64,000 bases of DNA from the human T2T-CHM13v2.0 reference genome, Homo sapiens: NCBI RefSeq assembly GCF_009914755.1, contig NC_060944.1, one strand, 5' to 3'. Made by a program: the position numbers and the translations under genes. The notes under the pieces were generated by a model. The model did not search any database. It was not told where the DNA came from and worked only from the letters and a program-made list of their open reading frames with translations. Positions 36,543 through 64,000 of this stretch are shown here, in pieces. Each line of letters starts with the position of its first letter. Position 1 is the stretch's first letter.

Positions 36543-36717
36543 TTTTGATTGTTTGGAAAATTCAGTCTCCTCTCTATGAAAGAGTAAAAGTTTGCTTTTT
36601 GAAATATTTGAATCATCACTTTGGCTAGATGAATGACTACAATTTTAAACTCACTTTGCCAACACACTGACATTGGCAGAGTGCAAAGATGGCAAGAGGC
36701 TGGGTCCATGGTGACAC

Positions 36718-41240
<4,523 letters not shown>

Positions 41241-41819
41241 ATAACTATAAAGACCAGCTATCATATGGAAAATGTCCCTGATGTGTGAACAAATGCAGGA
41301 TGGAAAAATACTCAGTGTAGTCATTTTAGCTAATATATATTTCTTAAAACATCCAAATATTTTTTTCGAGCTCGGTGCTGTGTGCCAAGCTCCATGCTGG
41401 CTCATGGACAAAGTCAGGAAAAGAACAAGCAAAAATGAAATTCCTTCTTGTGTCGGGAGTGGTGGGGTTTTGGGGGACAGGTATCTCCCCTTCCCCATGT
41501 TTTCTTCTCAAACTTCCTCCACTGTTGTTATATTACCTTTGCAGTGATAAAACCAAGAGAACAGAAGAAATACTTCTGGACCTAAGGATGAAAGAATGAT
41601 GGGAGAAACATTTCTTGAGCCAGTCCCTTTCTGCGTTCTTATTTTGTGGAATCCGCACACATCCCCGAGAAGCTTAATAAAAAGGGCTACTATCATGACA
41701 CTTACTGTGTGCCTTGCCGGTTCCACCTGTTAGGTGCCATTGTTGTCCCCATTTTACAGATGAGGAAACTGAGGCGGGGCAAGGAGATGCCCTTCTGCTT
41801 GGTGGTCTATCCTTCAGCA

Positions 41820-42045
41820 TTACCCACACACATGCAGAGCTACATATAAGCTCACGTTCACACTCGGATTCACGTCTGCACCCATGGGCACATGGAGGAT
41901 CGCACAAGCCACACTCAGACACACATGTGTGCTCACACACAGGGCTGCCCATGTCCACAGGTATGTGCATGGGGACACGCATGTATATATGTGCATATTC
42001 CCATATGCACACAGCACAGGTCAAACACTTTTGGACACACATCTG
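41820..42045. repeat. Degenerate (CA/TG)n low-complexity tract
   Basis: CACACACATG..ACACATGTGTGCTCACACAC..GCACACAGCAC. Confidence 0.6.
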
Positions 42046-45000
42046 CCTGAGAATGGGAAAAGGGGTGCAAGATAAAGGGGCAAAGTCTGGCTTTTGCCTC
42101 CTCCCTGCACCTGCTACCAGCTGTGTGCAGGACTGGGTGGGGCAGAAATAGGTGGCTCTGAGCTCAGAGGGCAGAGGTGGCCTTGCACTAGAAATCCACC
42201 TGCCAAACTTCCAAATGGGCTACAGCGACTAAGGGGCCTCACCTGCTGGGCAAATCCCCCAGCTGGAGGGTGTGCTCCAGATCCTCCAGGGGTCCCCAGG
42301 GGGTTGAGAAGATGAGGGGCACACCCAGCAGCCCCTAAGGGAGGAAGCGTGGCCATACTGGCTAAGGGGGCGCACTCTTCTTGCAGGCCGCCTGATCAGA
42401 TGCCTGTAAAATAAGACAGCTTTACAAAGAGGGTGTCGGAATGTGAGGAGGCAGAGGGACAGGCATGAGTAGAAAGACCTTCCTCAGGACCTGAAGTCCA
42501 ATGATCCTGGTCCTGCGTCCCACTAGCTAGGTGATATTGAACAAGTCACATAACCTCTTTGAACCTCAATTTCCTCATTTGTAAACTTTGCACAAATCAT
42601 TTCTTTGACTGCTAAACAAGTATGTTTTGAGGACCAACGACATGCCAGGTACGGTGCTGGGCACTGGGAAAACAGCAGCAAGCAACACAGACATGGGCTT
42701 GCCGTGTAGAGCCTGCAGAATTAGGGAAAGGATAAATGGAAACATCTCACACATAGTAAATGCTCAGTTACGTTCCTCCTGGTCTCTCTTTTCTACCATT
42801 GTAAAGGCGATGCAATAACATAGAAAGTTTGGAGAATGGGGTGGCGGTTGCTGAGGGGGGAACTCTGTCATCCAGAATCCCACCACCCCAACACAATGAC
42901 TAGCTTCATTTTTGCCAATTTCATCAGCTCATGCAGGGGTTGACCTGCTGTAGGGCACTCAAAATATTCAAACCAATTAATGCATTGCATTTGTGATCAG
43001 AAGAAAAAAGCTAATTACAATGTAACAGATTTACCTGATGCAAAGCAACGCAAGCATGGCCATCCCTCTGCATATATGGAAGCTTTTCCTTTTGGGGGAA
43101 ACAGCAATATTTCCATTTTACGGAAAAAGAAATGGAGGCACAGAGAGGTCAAGGCACTTGCCCAAGGTCACACAGACAGAAATGCGAAGAGCAGCTCCAG
43201 AGGCCAGAACTCCTGCCCATCCTGTCCAGGACTGTGGGATGCATCCAGGGACGGACACTGGGGCTGTGGGCTGGATGACCTGGCTGCCTTTGCATTGATT
43301 GGAGCTGTTTAGGGAACCTACCCCAGCCACTAGCATCCAGTCCTAGAGACACAGAAAATTCACTGGCCAGCCTCACTTTTGAGCCCAGAAACCCCTTACC
43401 CTTCCTCCTGCCTCTTGAGAGGCCAGTGTTAGGTGTTAGCCGGGGTGCAAAGCTCTGGAAGGCAGGTTTCTGCTTTCTGCTGCCCTCCAGTGGGCAAAGA
43501 AAGCAAACCTCTGGATCCATCCGGAAGCAGGTAGCAGGTGTTGCCCAAGTCAGCTGCGGCTAATAGTAATAATAATGGCTGCCGCTCAATGAGCACTTAC
43601 CACGTGCAGACGTTTTTACACCTAATCTAATGTAACCCCTTTAAGCAATTTAATTAACATTTAATTCCTCTCTCAAGGTAGGAATCACTTCCTATATACC
43701 CATTTACATACATAATCTGAGACTTAGAAAAATGACTTCCCAAAGTCACAAAGCTGGTCAGTGGCAGAGCCGAGAGTGCAAGTCCTTGGAGATCAGAGGA
43801 GGAAGAGACCATGATCCTGGACCAGGAGACAGCCCTGCATTCTTGGGCACAGAGGTGAATTTACTGTGAGGCTGGTGACGCATCAGGGCTCCTGACTTGC
43901 ATGTCCTCTCCCAGGGCCATGGAGGAACTTTCCAACGCATTCGCATGGGCATATGTTTCACATTTGCAAAACTAACACATTTCAGTTGCAATTGGCTGAG
44001 ACCACTATCTCTCTCCACTGCCTAGAATAATGTCTTCACATAGTAGGTAATAAATATGTGCTAATAAATCCATTTTGTGTTTAATAAATCATGTTGAATG
44101 AATGGGTAGAGAAATGAAGGAAGGAAGGAAGTGGCATTTAGTTCAATCTTGAAGGAAGGGCAGGATTTGAGAGAGCGTTCCTCATGTAGCCTAGTGGGCC
44201 CCTCCACACACAGACCATCCAAGGCCATGAGTGGCCTTGAATGCCAGGGTGAGGAATCTGGCCTTAGGTGGTAGGCACTGGGGAGCCATGGAAGGTTGCA
44301 GAGCAGAAGAAGGATATGAGTGTAATTGTCAATTAGGCAAGAGTTGAATGTCAAATAAGAGGACAGGGCCCTACAGCGGGGGGCCAGAGTGGCTCAGATA
44401 AAACTCCCCTCATCCAGCACCACACAGAGAGCTGGTGCTCAGCCAGTGTGATCACAGAAGCCTCTGCTGGGGTGTCTATAAGCTCCCTGGAAGAAGATAT
44501 CCAAATGCTTTGCATGTGTGGCTTTGTGTATGTGTGTGTGTGGGGGGGGGAGGGGAGGTGCTGAGTGTGGATTTGCTCAGCACTCTAGTGTGCCCAGCCC
44601 AACGTGGGGGAAAGGTCAAGGCCCTGTCTGGCTTAGGCAGGGAGTTCTCAGCATTGCAGTATGACTGAGCCTCTGGCTGGAAAGTAAGGGAGCCAAGAGA
44701 AAACAGGTTTAGAAGTTGGCTAGGCAGAAGTGGACCTATGAAATTCCAGCTGCACCAGCTGCTTCTTTTGCTAAGCTCCCGTCATCCTTTCTCTCTCTCC
44801 ACTGGGTCTTTCTGAATGTCAAGAATCCCAGCCACTGTTTAGTTAGCACTTGTTTTTTGCCACACTCTGTGAAGCACCTTCAAGCCCGATCACCGGATTA
44901 TTCCTCCAACAACGCCGAGAGTGAGAAGAATGGCTATTATTTCGATTTTATAGGTGAGGAAGTAGAAAGCCCAGAGAGGTGAAGTTGCTTACCTGAGGTC

Positions 45001-45115
45001 ACATAGGAGTCAATGGTATACGTGAGATCAAACCCAGACTCCAGAGGCAGCCCCCCTCAGTCGCCAGCCGTCCTGCCTCCTCTCCTGGTCTAAGCTGGGG
45101 AGGAAAAACCCATCT

Positions 45116-45134
45116 TGGCCAGCAGGGGGCGGTG
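45116..45134 (+). promoter_or_regulatory. Strong CTCF motif TGGCCAGCAGGGGGCGGTG
   Basis: Near-consensus CCAGCAGGGGGCG core in non-repeat sequence. Confidence 0.6.
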
Positions 45135-45232
45135 TGCCCTCAAGGATAAGCCCTGCTTCCCAGAACTCAGACAGAATTTGCCAGCAAGACAACAGCACGA
45201 TTCTGAAATATCTGGCTTTGAGCCCTCATTTA

Positions 45233-49260
<4,028 letters not shown>

Positions 49261-49923
49261 TGAGGTATCTATAAGGAAAGGTGAGAAAATATGTAAGATA
49301 CAAAGATAATAAAATCCAGAGCAAGAACAGTATATAAGTCCTGTTTCCTTATGTTGAAATATATCAAAATATTCAGCAGAAGACCCCAGGATAGGAAAGA
49401 TGTGAAATTCTAGACTGGATCATCAGGTCCGACGGATTTACAAAGAAGGTGGCCGAGGATCTCTCTCCCCAGCCTTCACCCCCTCACTGACTGTGGGAAA
49501 ATAAAGGGCTTGGGGTTTGGGGAGGAGGTGTTGCAGGAGGAGCGGCAGCTCCAGCTATGAGACCTCACCCAGAGGGGGCCAATACTGCCCCTCCAGATGC
49601 CAGGCAGGGGACATGGAAGGGTTTGGGGATTCGTTGTGGGCTGGGGTGGGGGTAGCTTGCAGGGGTCTGCTTGGGTCTTGTTCCCTAGGGCCTCCTGGAG
49701 GGTGGAGTGGTCTTAGCAGCAAGAAGCTGGAGTTGGATGTTGGATTCCTGAGGGCCGAGGAAGGACTTGCAAGGGACCTCCAGAAGGAGAAGTGCATCCC
49801 CCCCAGGGTCAAGAGTGAGGGAGCCCTGCAGCAATGGCCATCTGTGGGACATCTGTGACACTGTCAGCTGGAAGCCAGCAGGATGGCGGCAGCTCAAGTG
49901 AGACCCTTCCCCTCCCCTTACTA

Positions 49924-50433
<510 letters not shown>

Positions 50434-52111
50434 CTAGCCTTGGCTTGTCTCATGGTGGAGGAGGCTGGCGGGGGTGGGTCAGGTTCAGGGGGGTGGGGGA
50501 AGGTGGGGAGCAGAGGGTGGGAGAGAGAGAGAGAGAGAGACTGCAAGGACTGCATTCTTTTTGAGGCTCAGGCTCAGAACTAGCACAAGGTCACTTCCAC
50601 CACATTCAATGGACCAAAGAGAGTCCCAAAGCCAACCCACATTGGAGAGAACGAAGGCAAAGTCACATTGCAAAGGGGTGTGGAAACAGATAGTGGTGCA
50701 GAATCTGGCCCGCTTTCATAATCAGTCCACTGGAAGACTTTGTTTTCCTCGCAAGGAAGGTTGGAAATGTAGACTCACTGCTTGTCCAGGCAGAAGAGGA
50801 AATGAGTTCAGGGAAGAGCTTGCCAGTCCCCAGCCTTTGCCCAGCCCCCTACTCATGCACATTTAGGCACACACCTACTGTGTGCTCAGCCCAGCAGGGT
50901 AGATTAGAGAGAGCGAGGGCGTCGGGATAGAGGGCCTGATTCCCCAACCGGGTGACTATCACTTCCGGTCTCATGACCTCCATGTTCTCATCTGTAAAAT
51001 GGGGATAAACATCCTCATCATCTCTCCTGCCATTGGTATGGTGGTGACAAAAAACACTTTATCGATTCATGAAAGTCATCAGACAAAGTGGATGATGCTG
51101 TCCCTGCCCTCAAAGGTGTTAAATAAAGAAGATGAGAATTCAATACATGTCCCCAGCTCTGGTGAGACTGTAGGGGTTGTGTTAACAAGGGAGGGAGAGA
51201 CATCAGAGAGCTGTTGGCAGGGGAGAGCCCTGTGGCCAAGCCTTGACAGATGGTGAACAGAATCTGGAAAGACAGAGGGCATGGGGCATGGCAGGGTGTG
51301 GAAACAGCACACTTGCAAAAGTGTGGAGGCTGGACACATGTGATATAAGGCAGGGTCCCCTACCCCATGATTCAAAGCAGAAATTCGCAAAGACTTTGAT
51401 GTGGGCTGGGCTGGGAGTTGACTACACTTGCATGCCTGTTGCTTGGCAGGATGGGTTTCAAAAAAGAAAAAAATATAATAATGAAAGATTGAAAACAGAT
51501 TATTGGGGAGAAAAGTATCCCAGGCGCTAGACGGCTGTCTCTGCAGCCTCTGGCTCCTGTCCCACCCATTCCCCGGCCCTGACGCAAGGCTGGCTGGAAG
51601 AAGGTGTTCTCGAGATTGTTCAGGCTGAGGGCCTGACTGGCAGGAGACTGAAGCCTACCCCATTCCTGCCTGGGTGCCAAGCTCTGCATGAGGTTTAAAT
51701 ATACCCACAGCCTGACACTATGCCCTAGATCATGCTAAATGTTTCCATACTCCTTGAATTCTCTTCTCAAGGTTCATTTATTGTCCCCATTTTTCAGATG
51801 AGTAAACTGAGGCCCAGAGAGGTTAACTGGTTTGCCCACAGTCACACAGCCAGACAAGTTTGAGTATGTCTGATTCTATTGCCTTATTCCAGGTTTGGGA
51901 TACAGGCAGAGTAGGGAGAGGTTTAGGATGGTAAAGAAGAATGTTCCAGGAGGAACAGAGTTAGTGTAAGGGCAGTCTAATCTAGAGTCAGAATTTGGAG
52001 CTGTTTGTTACAGCAGCATGACCTAGCCTATCCTGACTGATACAAATCATGGTAAACTAATTTATATGTCCTGAAAAATATTAGAACTTAGCATCTACCT
52101 CTTAGGAGAGC

Positions 52112-52615
52112 TTTTTTTTTTTTTTTTAACTTTTACATTTTGGCAAAACACACCGAACATAAAATTTACCATCTAAGCAATTTTAAATGTACAATGCATG
52201 GCTTTAAGTACATTCACATTATTGAGTTTCTATCACCATCCTTCCACAGAACTCGTCATCTTGCAAAACTGAAATTCTAAACCCATTAAGGAAACTTCTC
52301 ATTTCCCCCTCCCCAGCCCCTGGCAATTCCACTTTCTGTCTCTATGAATTGGACTACTTTTGACAGATACCTCCTATAAATGGAATCACACAGTATGCAT
52401 CTTTCTGTGACTGATTTATTTCACTTAGCATAATGTCCTCAAGCTTCATCCCTGTTGTAGCATGTATCAGAATTGCCTTCCTTTTTTAAGGCTGAAAATC
52501 TTCCATTGTGTGGATACACTATATTTTGCTTATCCACTAATCTATCAATGGACACTTGAGTGCCTTTCACCTTTTGGCTATTGTGAATAATCTGCTATGA
52601 ACATGGACACACGAA
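52112..52615 (-). mobile_element. L1MB-like 3' end
   Basis: Poly-T tail, CATAAAATTTACCAT, TTTCACTTAGCATAATGTCCTCAAG. Confidence 0.75.
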
Positions 52616-53289
52616 TATCAGAGGCAGCCTTTTCAAGCAAAGGGTTTTTGGGGAAAAAGCCACTGTCCAGGACTCTAGGCTTGGCCACTAACTTGCTGTG
52701 TAGCTGTGGGCACATTGCTTCCTGCATCGTGTATGGCAATTCTAACTCTCTCCACCTTCACTGCCTACTCACAGCCGTGTGCTGGGGACCAGATTAGACC
52801 ATGGACTATGAAACTCTCAGCAAAGAAAAAGCCACGAGGGGCTGTTATTGTTATTACTCAGTGGGGTCAGGGCAGTGGCTTCCCAAAGGCATGAGTCACT
52901 CATGGTGGAATTCCAGACATCAGGAGGGCCGTTCTGGGCAGCAGAGCCCAGATTCCAGACAGAGCAGTGACCCTGACCCGGAGCCCCTAGGGGAGCCACA
53001 CCCTTTCTCTTTGGCCACTGGCTGCTGTGAGGAAGGAGTCAGTGAATGTCATAATCATATGGGCACTTAGGGTGAGAGCCTCCAGTCCCACTGCCTCACG
53101 TAACTATTTAAGGAGGCTCACAAAGGGTCATGCACTTGCCCAGAGTCACACAGCTAGACAGTGGTGGAAGCTGGCCTGGGTCAGATTTGGACATCTACAG
53201 AAGCCCTTCTCCTCCCTGCTCGCACCCCTCTTAGCCCCAGCATGTGAGGAAGGCAGCTGTCTCCCTGAGCTCCGTCCTTCTATGCCTTG

Positions 53290-54240
53290 GGTTTAGCCAT
53301 GTTGACTGCTGTAACAAATAACTCCAAAACCTCAGTGGCTTTGCATTATAAATGCTTGGTTCTTTCTCACATCAAACTGCAATAAGTCTTGACAGGAGGG
53401 CTCTGTTTTCTGCAGGTCATATAGGGATTGAGACTTTTCCTATTTGTGGCTTTCCTCATTCTCAGAGTCCTCTCCATTCAGCAGGCAGATGGCAGAAAGA
53501 TTGTGGGTAGAAGATTTTTATAAGCCAGACCTGAAATCAGTACAATTATTTTTGCTTACATCCCATTGGCCAGAGCTCAGTCACATGACCACATCTAACT
53601 GCAAAGAAGGCTGGGAAATGTATCCCACATGTGTGCCCAGGAAGAAGAAGATGGCTATTGGTGAGCCTTGGTAGTCTTCCACAAGAACATGACCCAGTTC
53701 TGGCCAATAAAACATAAAGAAAGTATGCTGGGACAGGAGGTTTGAGAAGGGCTGGCCTCAATTATTATATAAAAAGGGGTGTGGGGAAGGTCCCCTATTC
53801 TTTCCCTTTAAGTGGTTGCATGAGGATGCGATGTCTGGAACTTTGGCAGCCATGTTGAGAGCATGACGGGCCAAGCCTCAGGGCTACAGCCAATATACTG
53901 AGGGTGCTGAAGCCAAAATGCGGGTCCTAGATGACATCACTGAACCTCTGAATGAACCAAAACTGGAGCCACGTAACCTCCAGATTTTTTGACTGCGAAG
54001 GCACCTATTATTGAATTCAGGAGTAATAGGGTATTCTATTACTTGCAGCCTAAAACATCCTAGCTGATTGACACTCAGGTGCAAATGCTGAAAACAGCTA
54101 AGAGGACAAGGTTAAGCCATGCCAGCTGCTACAACGAATAACTCCAAAACCTCAGTGGCTTTGCACTACAAATACTTGGTTCCCTTGAAACCCCTCCTCT
54201 GCTTGAAGTTAGGTAGAGCCAAGTAACATAGCTTTGGCCT
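53290..54240. mobile_element. Old MLT1 LTR fragments
   Basis: CTGCTGTAACAAA..CTCAGTGGCTT; CCCATTGGCCAGAGCTCAGTCACATG; TTACTTGCAGCC. Confidence 0.6.
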
Positions 54241-55685
54241 ACTCTGGATGTTGTGCTTTTTTGGGGAAGTTGGGGACAGAGCAGCAGTTCAAGCACAAAA
54301 TGACCTGGCTGCTTTGTGCCAGGTCCTTTATACACACAGTGTATACACGGGAGCAAAATGCCTGGACTCAAATCTTGAGTCTGCCACCTCACCAGCCATG
54401 TGACCTTGGGCAAAGTCAATCAACCTCACTGAGCCCTAGTTTCCCCATTGAAAACATTGGGGTGATTATAAATATTCTACCCACAGAGTAAAGGATTAAA
54501 TGTCCAATTCAGATAAAGAACTTGGCACATTATCTGTAAATAAACACTTAAAAGATTCTGACCAGAGCCTGGTGGGATGTGAGTAATATCAACCCCACCT
54601 TAGAGATGGGGAGTCTAGGGTTCAAGGAAATGAAGTCCAAGGACATATAAATAATAAGAGACAGAGCCTGGATTTTAATACAGACCTAATTGAACACCTG
54701 CTATGTGCCAGGCATTGTGTGAGGTGTTTAGATATATTATCCCATTGAACATACTAGCAATCCTGCATGGGAGGTATTATTATTATCATTATTGTTATTC
54801 CTATTGGACAAATGAGAAAGCCAAAACTCAGAGAAGTGAAAAGACTTGCCTACAGGCCAGGTCAAGATGCAGTACTTGAACCTAGGCTGAGTCCAAGCCT
54901 TTATTCTTTCCACCATGTATAAGCCTCCCTAACAGAAGCCCACCAGACTATTATAGTGGAATTGTAGGCATCAGAGGAGTAATACATTTGGCTCCCATGG
55001 CTATTCAGGGTTCCCTGAAGTCATCCCCAAAAGCTGGCTGCCAGTCCAGCCTGTCACCAAGGTTGTCCTGGTGATGGCTTTACCCTCACTCCTCCAGTAG
55101 AATAACTGGGCCCTGGAGTGGATGGTCCTGAGGGAGGAAGTTTGGCTCACTTGATAAAGCAGAACTTTCAAACACTTTGAGCTCATCCATGATGGAATAG
55201 GCTGCCTTGGGATGCGATGAGTTCTGTGGTCCTGGGAGGATACAAGCAGAGAAAGTCTGGTGGCCACCTGCAAGGAAGATTATTAAGACAGTTACTGCAT
55301 AGAAAGTGAAATTAGATTCAAAGACCTTTCAGGTTTGAAATCTGTGGTTGCAAGATTCTCAGGTCCCATTTTCTCAGATTCCAGTCTAAGATTACATGAT
55401 ACTCAAAATCCAGGAATCTAAGGCTGCACGAGTTTTCTCCTTGGATTTTTTGTTCCCTATTTAGGCAGTTAGACTGCAGAACATCTACTGACTCAGGAAA
55501 CAGATGTGTTAGTAAAAGCAGAGAATACATTTCTGGGTTTCAAAAACACCCCTTCCTCCCAGGAAAGAACATTCCTAAGAGACTTGGGCATCTTGAACAC
55601 CTAATGAATCTGAAAGAGGCTCTCACTTTCTGTGACTGTCTTTAGGGACTGTCCACAAATACTCTGTTTCTTTTCCTTTTAGGGT

Positions 55686-56365
55686 GCCTTAGTCTGTTCA
55701 GGCTGCTACAGCAAAACATCTTAGACTGGGTAATTTATAAACAACAGAAATTCATTGCTCACAGTTCTGGAGGTTGGGAAATTCAAGATCAAGGCTCCAG
55801 CAGACTCAGTGTCTGGTGGGAGCCTGTTTCTTATAGATGGTGACTTCTGTGTGTCCTCACATGGCAGAAGGGACAGATGGGCTCCCTCAAGCCTCTTTTA
55901 CAAGAACACTAATCCCATTCATGGGTGGAGCCCTCCTGACCTAATCAACTTCCAAAGGCCCCACCTCTTAAGGCTATCACTGTGGGGATTAGGTCTCAAC
56001 ATCTGAACTTTGGGGAACACATTCAGACCACAGCACAGGCCCATAGTAGGATTTCCACTTGAACTCCCTCCTCTGCTTGAAGTTAGGTACAGCCAAGTAA
56101 CAAGCTTTGGCCAATGAAATGTGTGCAGAAGTGAAGTGTGCCACTTCCTGGGGGAGACTTTAGGAGCCAGTCTGTGGCTTGATGCTTTCTCTTGCCCTCT
56201 GCTGTGCAACAGTTGAAATGGTGGTTGTTCTATCAGCTGGGATCCAGGAGCAAGGAGACACAGAGCAGCGCAGCAGCTGCCCAGCAGGGGACGTGCATCA
56301 GGAGCCACTGAGAAACAGGACTTGAGCGTTGCTGTTACTGTAGCAGAACTCACCCTACCCTGACT
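55686..56365. mobile_element. MLT1A-type LTR (55686-56035, -) plus an older MLT1 fragment
   Basis: TTAGTCTGTTCAGGCTGCTA..CTCACAGTTCTGGAGG..CATTCAGACCACAGCA. Confidence 0.7.
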
Positions 56366-56998
56366 GATGCACAGCTCTCCCCTCCCCTCCCTCCTTCCTC
56401 CCATCTAAGAAGGCTGGGAAGGAGGTCAGAGAAAAAGCTATGAGTGAGCATATTTTGGATTTTGTTGGTCAGTGGGCCCCAGAGAGCTTTGAAGAATTCA
56501 GAAGCAGAGAGCAGGGAGGATCTCAAGAGATAAAATGGCCAAGAGGGCCAGAGACAACCTCACGCCTAGATACAATTGGGGAAAAAAAATGAATGGAGCT
56601 GGGAAAGTGATGGGGTTGGGGAAAAAAATCCCAATTGAATAAGATGAATTTTCTGCCCACATATGGAATGGAGCATTGAAATGAGAATGAATTTAAAATA
56701 GATTACATTTCCAGCCCATCTGAATTTCAGACTGAGAATATCTGCTGCACATAATTCAAGATCCCACAGTCTCAAGAGGCTTGGGTCCTGGGCTTTGACA
56801 ACTACTCTTTTCCTGGGCAGAAGGTTGTACATGGACACTGGGAGCACCTAGGCCTGGAAGCTGGGAGAACTAGGCTCTCCTGTCTGATGTCACTTTCCCT
56901 GTCACTTTCCCAGGGAGGCCTTCCCTGACTGCCTGACTTAAAAGGAACTTCCTCTACCACCCTGGCCATTCTCTATTCCTCTTCTTAACATCAATTGA

Positions 56999-62265
<5,267 letters not shown>

Positions 62266-64000
62266 CAGTGATCACTTATTTAGATCACTTACTAAAATCA
62301 TTTAATTATGTCAACACCTCTGTGAAGTATGTACTGTTATCACCATTCCCATTTCATAGATGGGGAAACTGAGGCACAGAAAAGCTAAGTAAACTGCTCA
62401 GAGTTACAGAGCCTGCGAGGGCCACAGCCAGAATTCAAACCCAGGCCATCTGCCTCCACAGTCCACTTTCTATGTCCCTCTCCCGAGATGATGTCCCTTT
62501 CCCAGGGGTGTCTGGAAAGGGTCTGGCCCCTGGTCCCAGCTCAAGCAGCTGTCCAGGGAAGCCTGAAGACCTGGCCCATCTCCACTGCCCACCGGGCTTC
62601 TCTGCGCTCCACTTCCCAGGTGGACTGTGGAGGCAAATAAGGCCCCAGCTGCAGCCTCTGAAGACTCCTGCCAAGCTGGCACTTTGAGGCCTGGGGGTGT
62701 CCCAGGGGATCCCAGCCCAGCAGCTGGGCTGACCTCAGGGCCAGTGTTTCCGTAAACACCCGGAGAGCCAGCCCCACGTGGTTGATCTGTGGGTTGCTGG
62801 CCAAGAGGGGCTGAGGTTTGGCTGACCTCGTGCGGTTTCTTTCAACAAGGCTACTTCCACCCCCTCCGCCTGGCTGGGCTTCCAGTAATGAAGTGTTTTC
62901 TCTGGGGCTAGGGGAGCTGATGGGGCTGGTGGCGTGGGGCACTGGGGTCTTCCTGTCCCACGTGCCCTCCACCCTGGGCTTCTGGAAGCTGGTCTAGATG
63001 CCCCTAGCTGCCGCCTGGGCAGCCCATATGCCCACGCCGGTCCCTGATAGTGAACTGGCCCGTAAGGGGACCAGGTCTCGGGATCTGAGCATGGAGCAGG
63101 GGCTGCGCCCAAGAGATAGGGTGTGGCTAGACTTTCCCCTGCTGGTCCTTTCCGGGGATCTGAGGGGAAACTTCTCCTGGGGACACACCCGGGTAGCTCA
63201 GAGATGGAAGAAAAGGTCTCCATTACAGCTGCCACCTCTTCCCCACCCAAAGAGAGTGTCCGCAGGGGGCCGTGGGGCAGGAGTGAGTACTGAAGGAATA
63301 CTAACCACGATCACTGCTACCATCTCCTGAATGTCACTGCCCCAGCCCTTTAATTCTCACAACAAACCTTGGAAACTGAGGCTTAGAGAGAGGAAGTGGC
63401 TGGCCCAAGGTCACATAGTGAGTAAATGAGCAGAGCTTCTCCCCCTTTCCCTTGAATCACCTCTATCTTCCTGTCCAGATGCCAGGCAGCAGGAACTAGC
63501 AGGTGCTTTTGGGTCATCTTTTAAGAGGCAATATAGCACAATGAGTGAGAGCAGGGACTCAAGGGCCAGCCACCTGGGTTCAAATCCCAGCTCTGCTTCC
63601 TACTGGCTATGTGACCTTGGGCAAGTCACTCAACTTCTTGGTTCCTCAGTCTCCCCACCTGTATAATGAGGATAATAATGATGCCTCCTTTAGGGGGTTT
63701 CTGTGAGGATTGCATATACACGTGACACATAATAAGCCCTGTGCCATGCTAGTTATCCCAGCCTCTCACTCTTCCCATTGAAAAGGTGAAGACACAGACC
63801 CAGAGATGGAGGCAAATTCTGCAGGGGTCATGCCCGGGGCAGAGCATGGTTCAGCTATGTCTCCTATGGTGCTGCCAAGGAGCCACCATGGGCTTGAGCT
63901 GAGAGGAGCCACCTGGCACCGGACACGTGACCTCCTCGAGGGAAGGGAGGCTCTGCAGAGAGCAGGGGATGGTGGAGGAGCCTGGCTTTATCTTCCATCC

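Noticed and set aside
62400-64000. GC-richer end region as a possible CCN5/WISP2 exon
   Set aside because: No Cys-rich CCN coding sequence or signal peptide is visible; the gene, if nearby, lies beyond the window.

Overview
Human genomic DNA (Alu-dense, with a consensus-like AluYa5), recognisable as the 5' end of ADA (adenosine deaminase, chr20q13.12) on the minus strand. Exon 1 CDS is 11350-11382 (MAQTPAFDKPK, then a GTGAGC donor) inside a GC-rich CpG-island promoter. Bases 1-11349 are ADA intron 1 and include the thymic T-cell enhancer core near 6060-6220. The ~52 kb upstream of ADA has no supportable protein-coding exon. It holds Alus, MIR/L1/MaLR/DNA-transposon fossils, an env-deleted HERV-H provirus (30001-36542, two 463-bp LTRs, TTTTG TSD, Phe-like PBS) and an Alu-split U6 pseudogene. 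Nearly all ORFs in the track are Alu or chance ORFs. The most unusual signals are a near-perfect 61-bp-arm inverted repeat in ADA intron 1 (3821-3964) and several locally templated composite insertions (4958-5201, 40779-40814, 54111-54239). One of these creates a direct repeat bracketing the ADA enhancer. I found no convincing new multi-gene system. Repeat subfamily names are from recognition, not from a database run.
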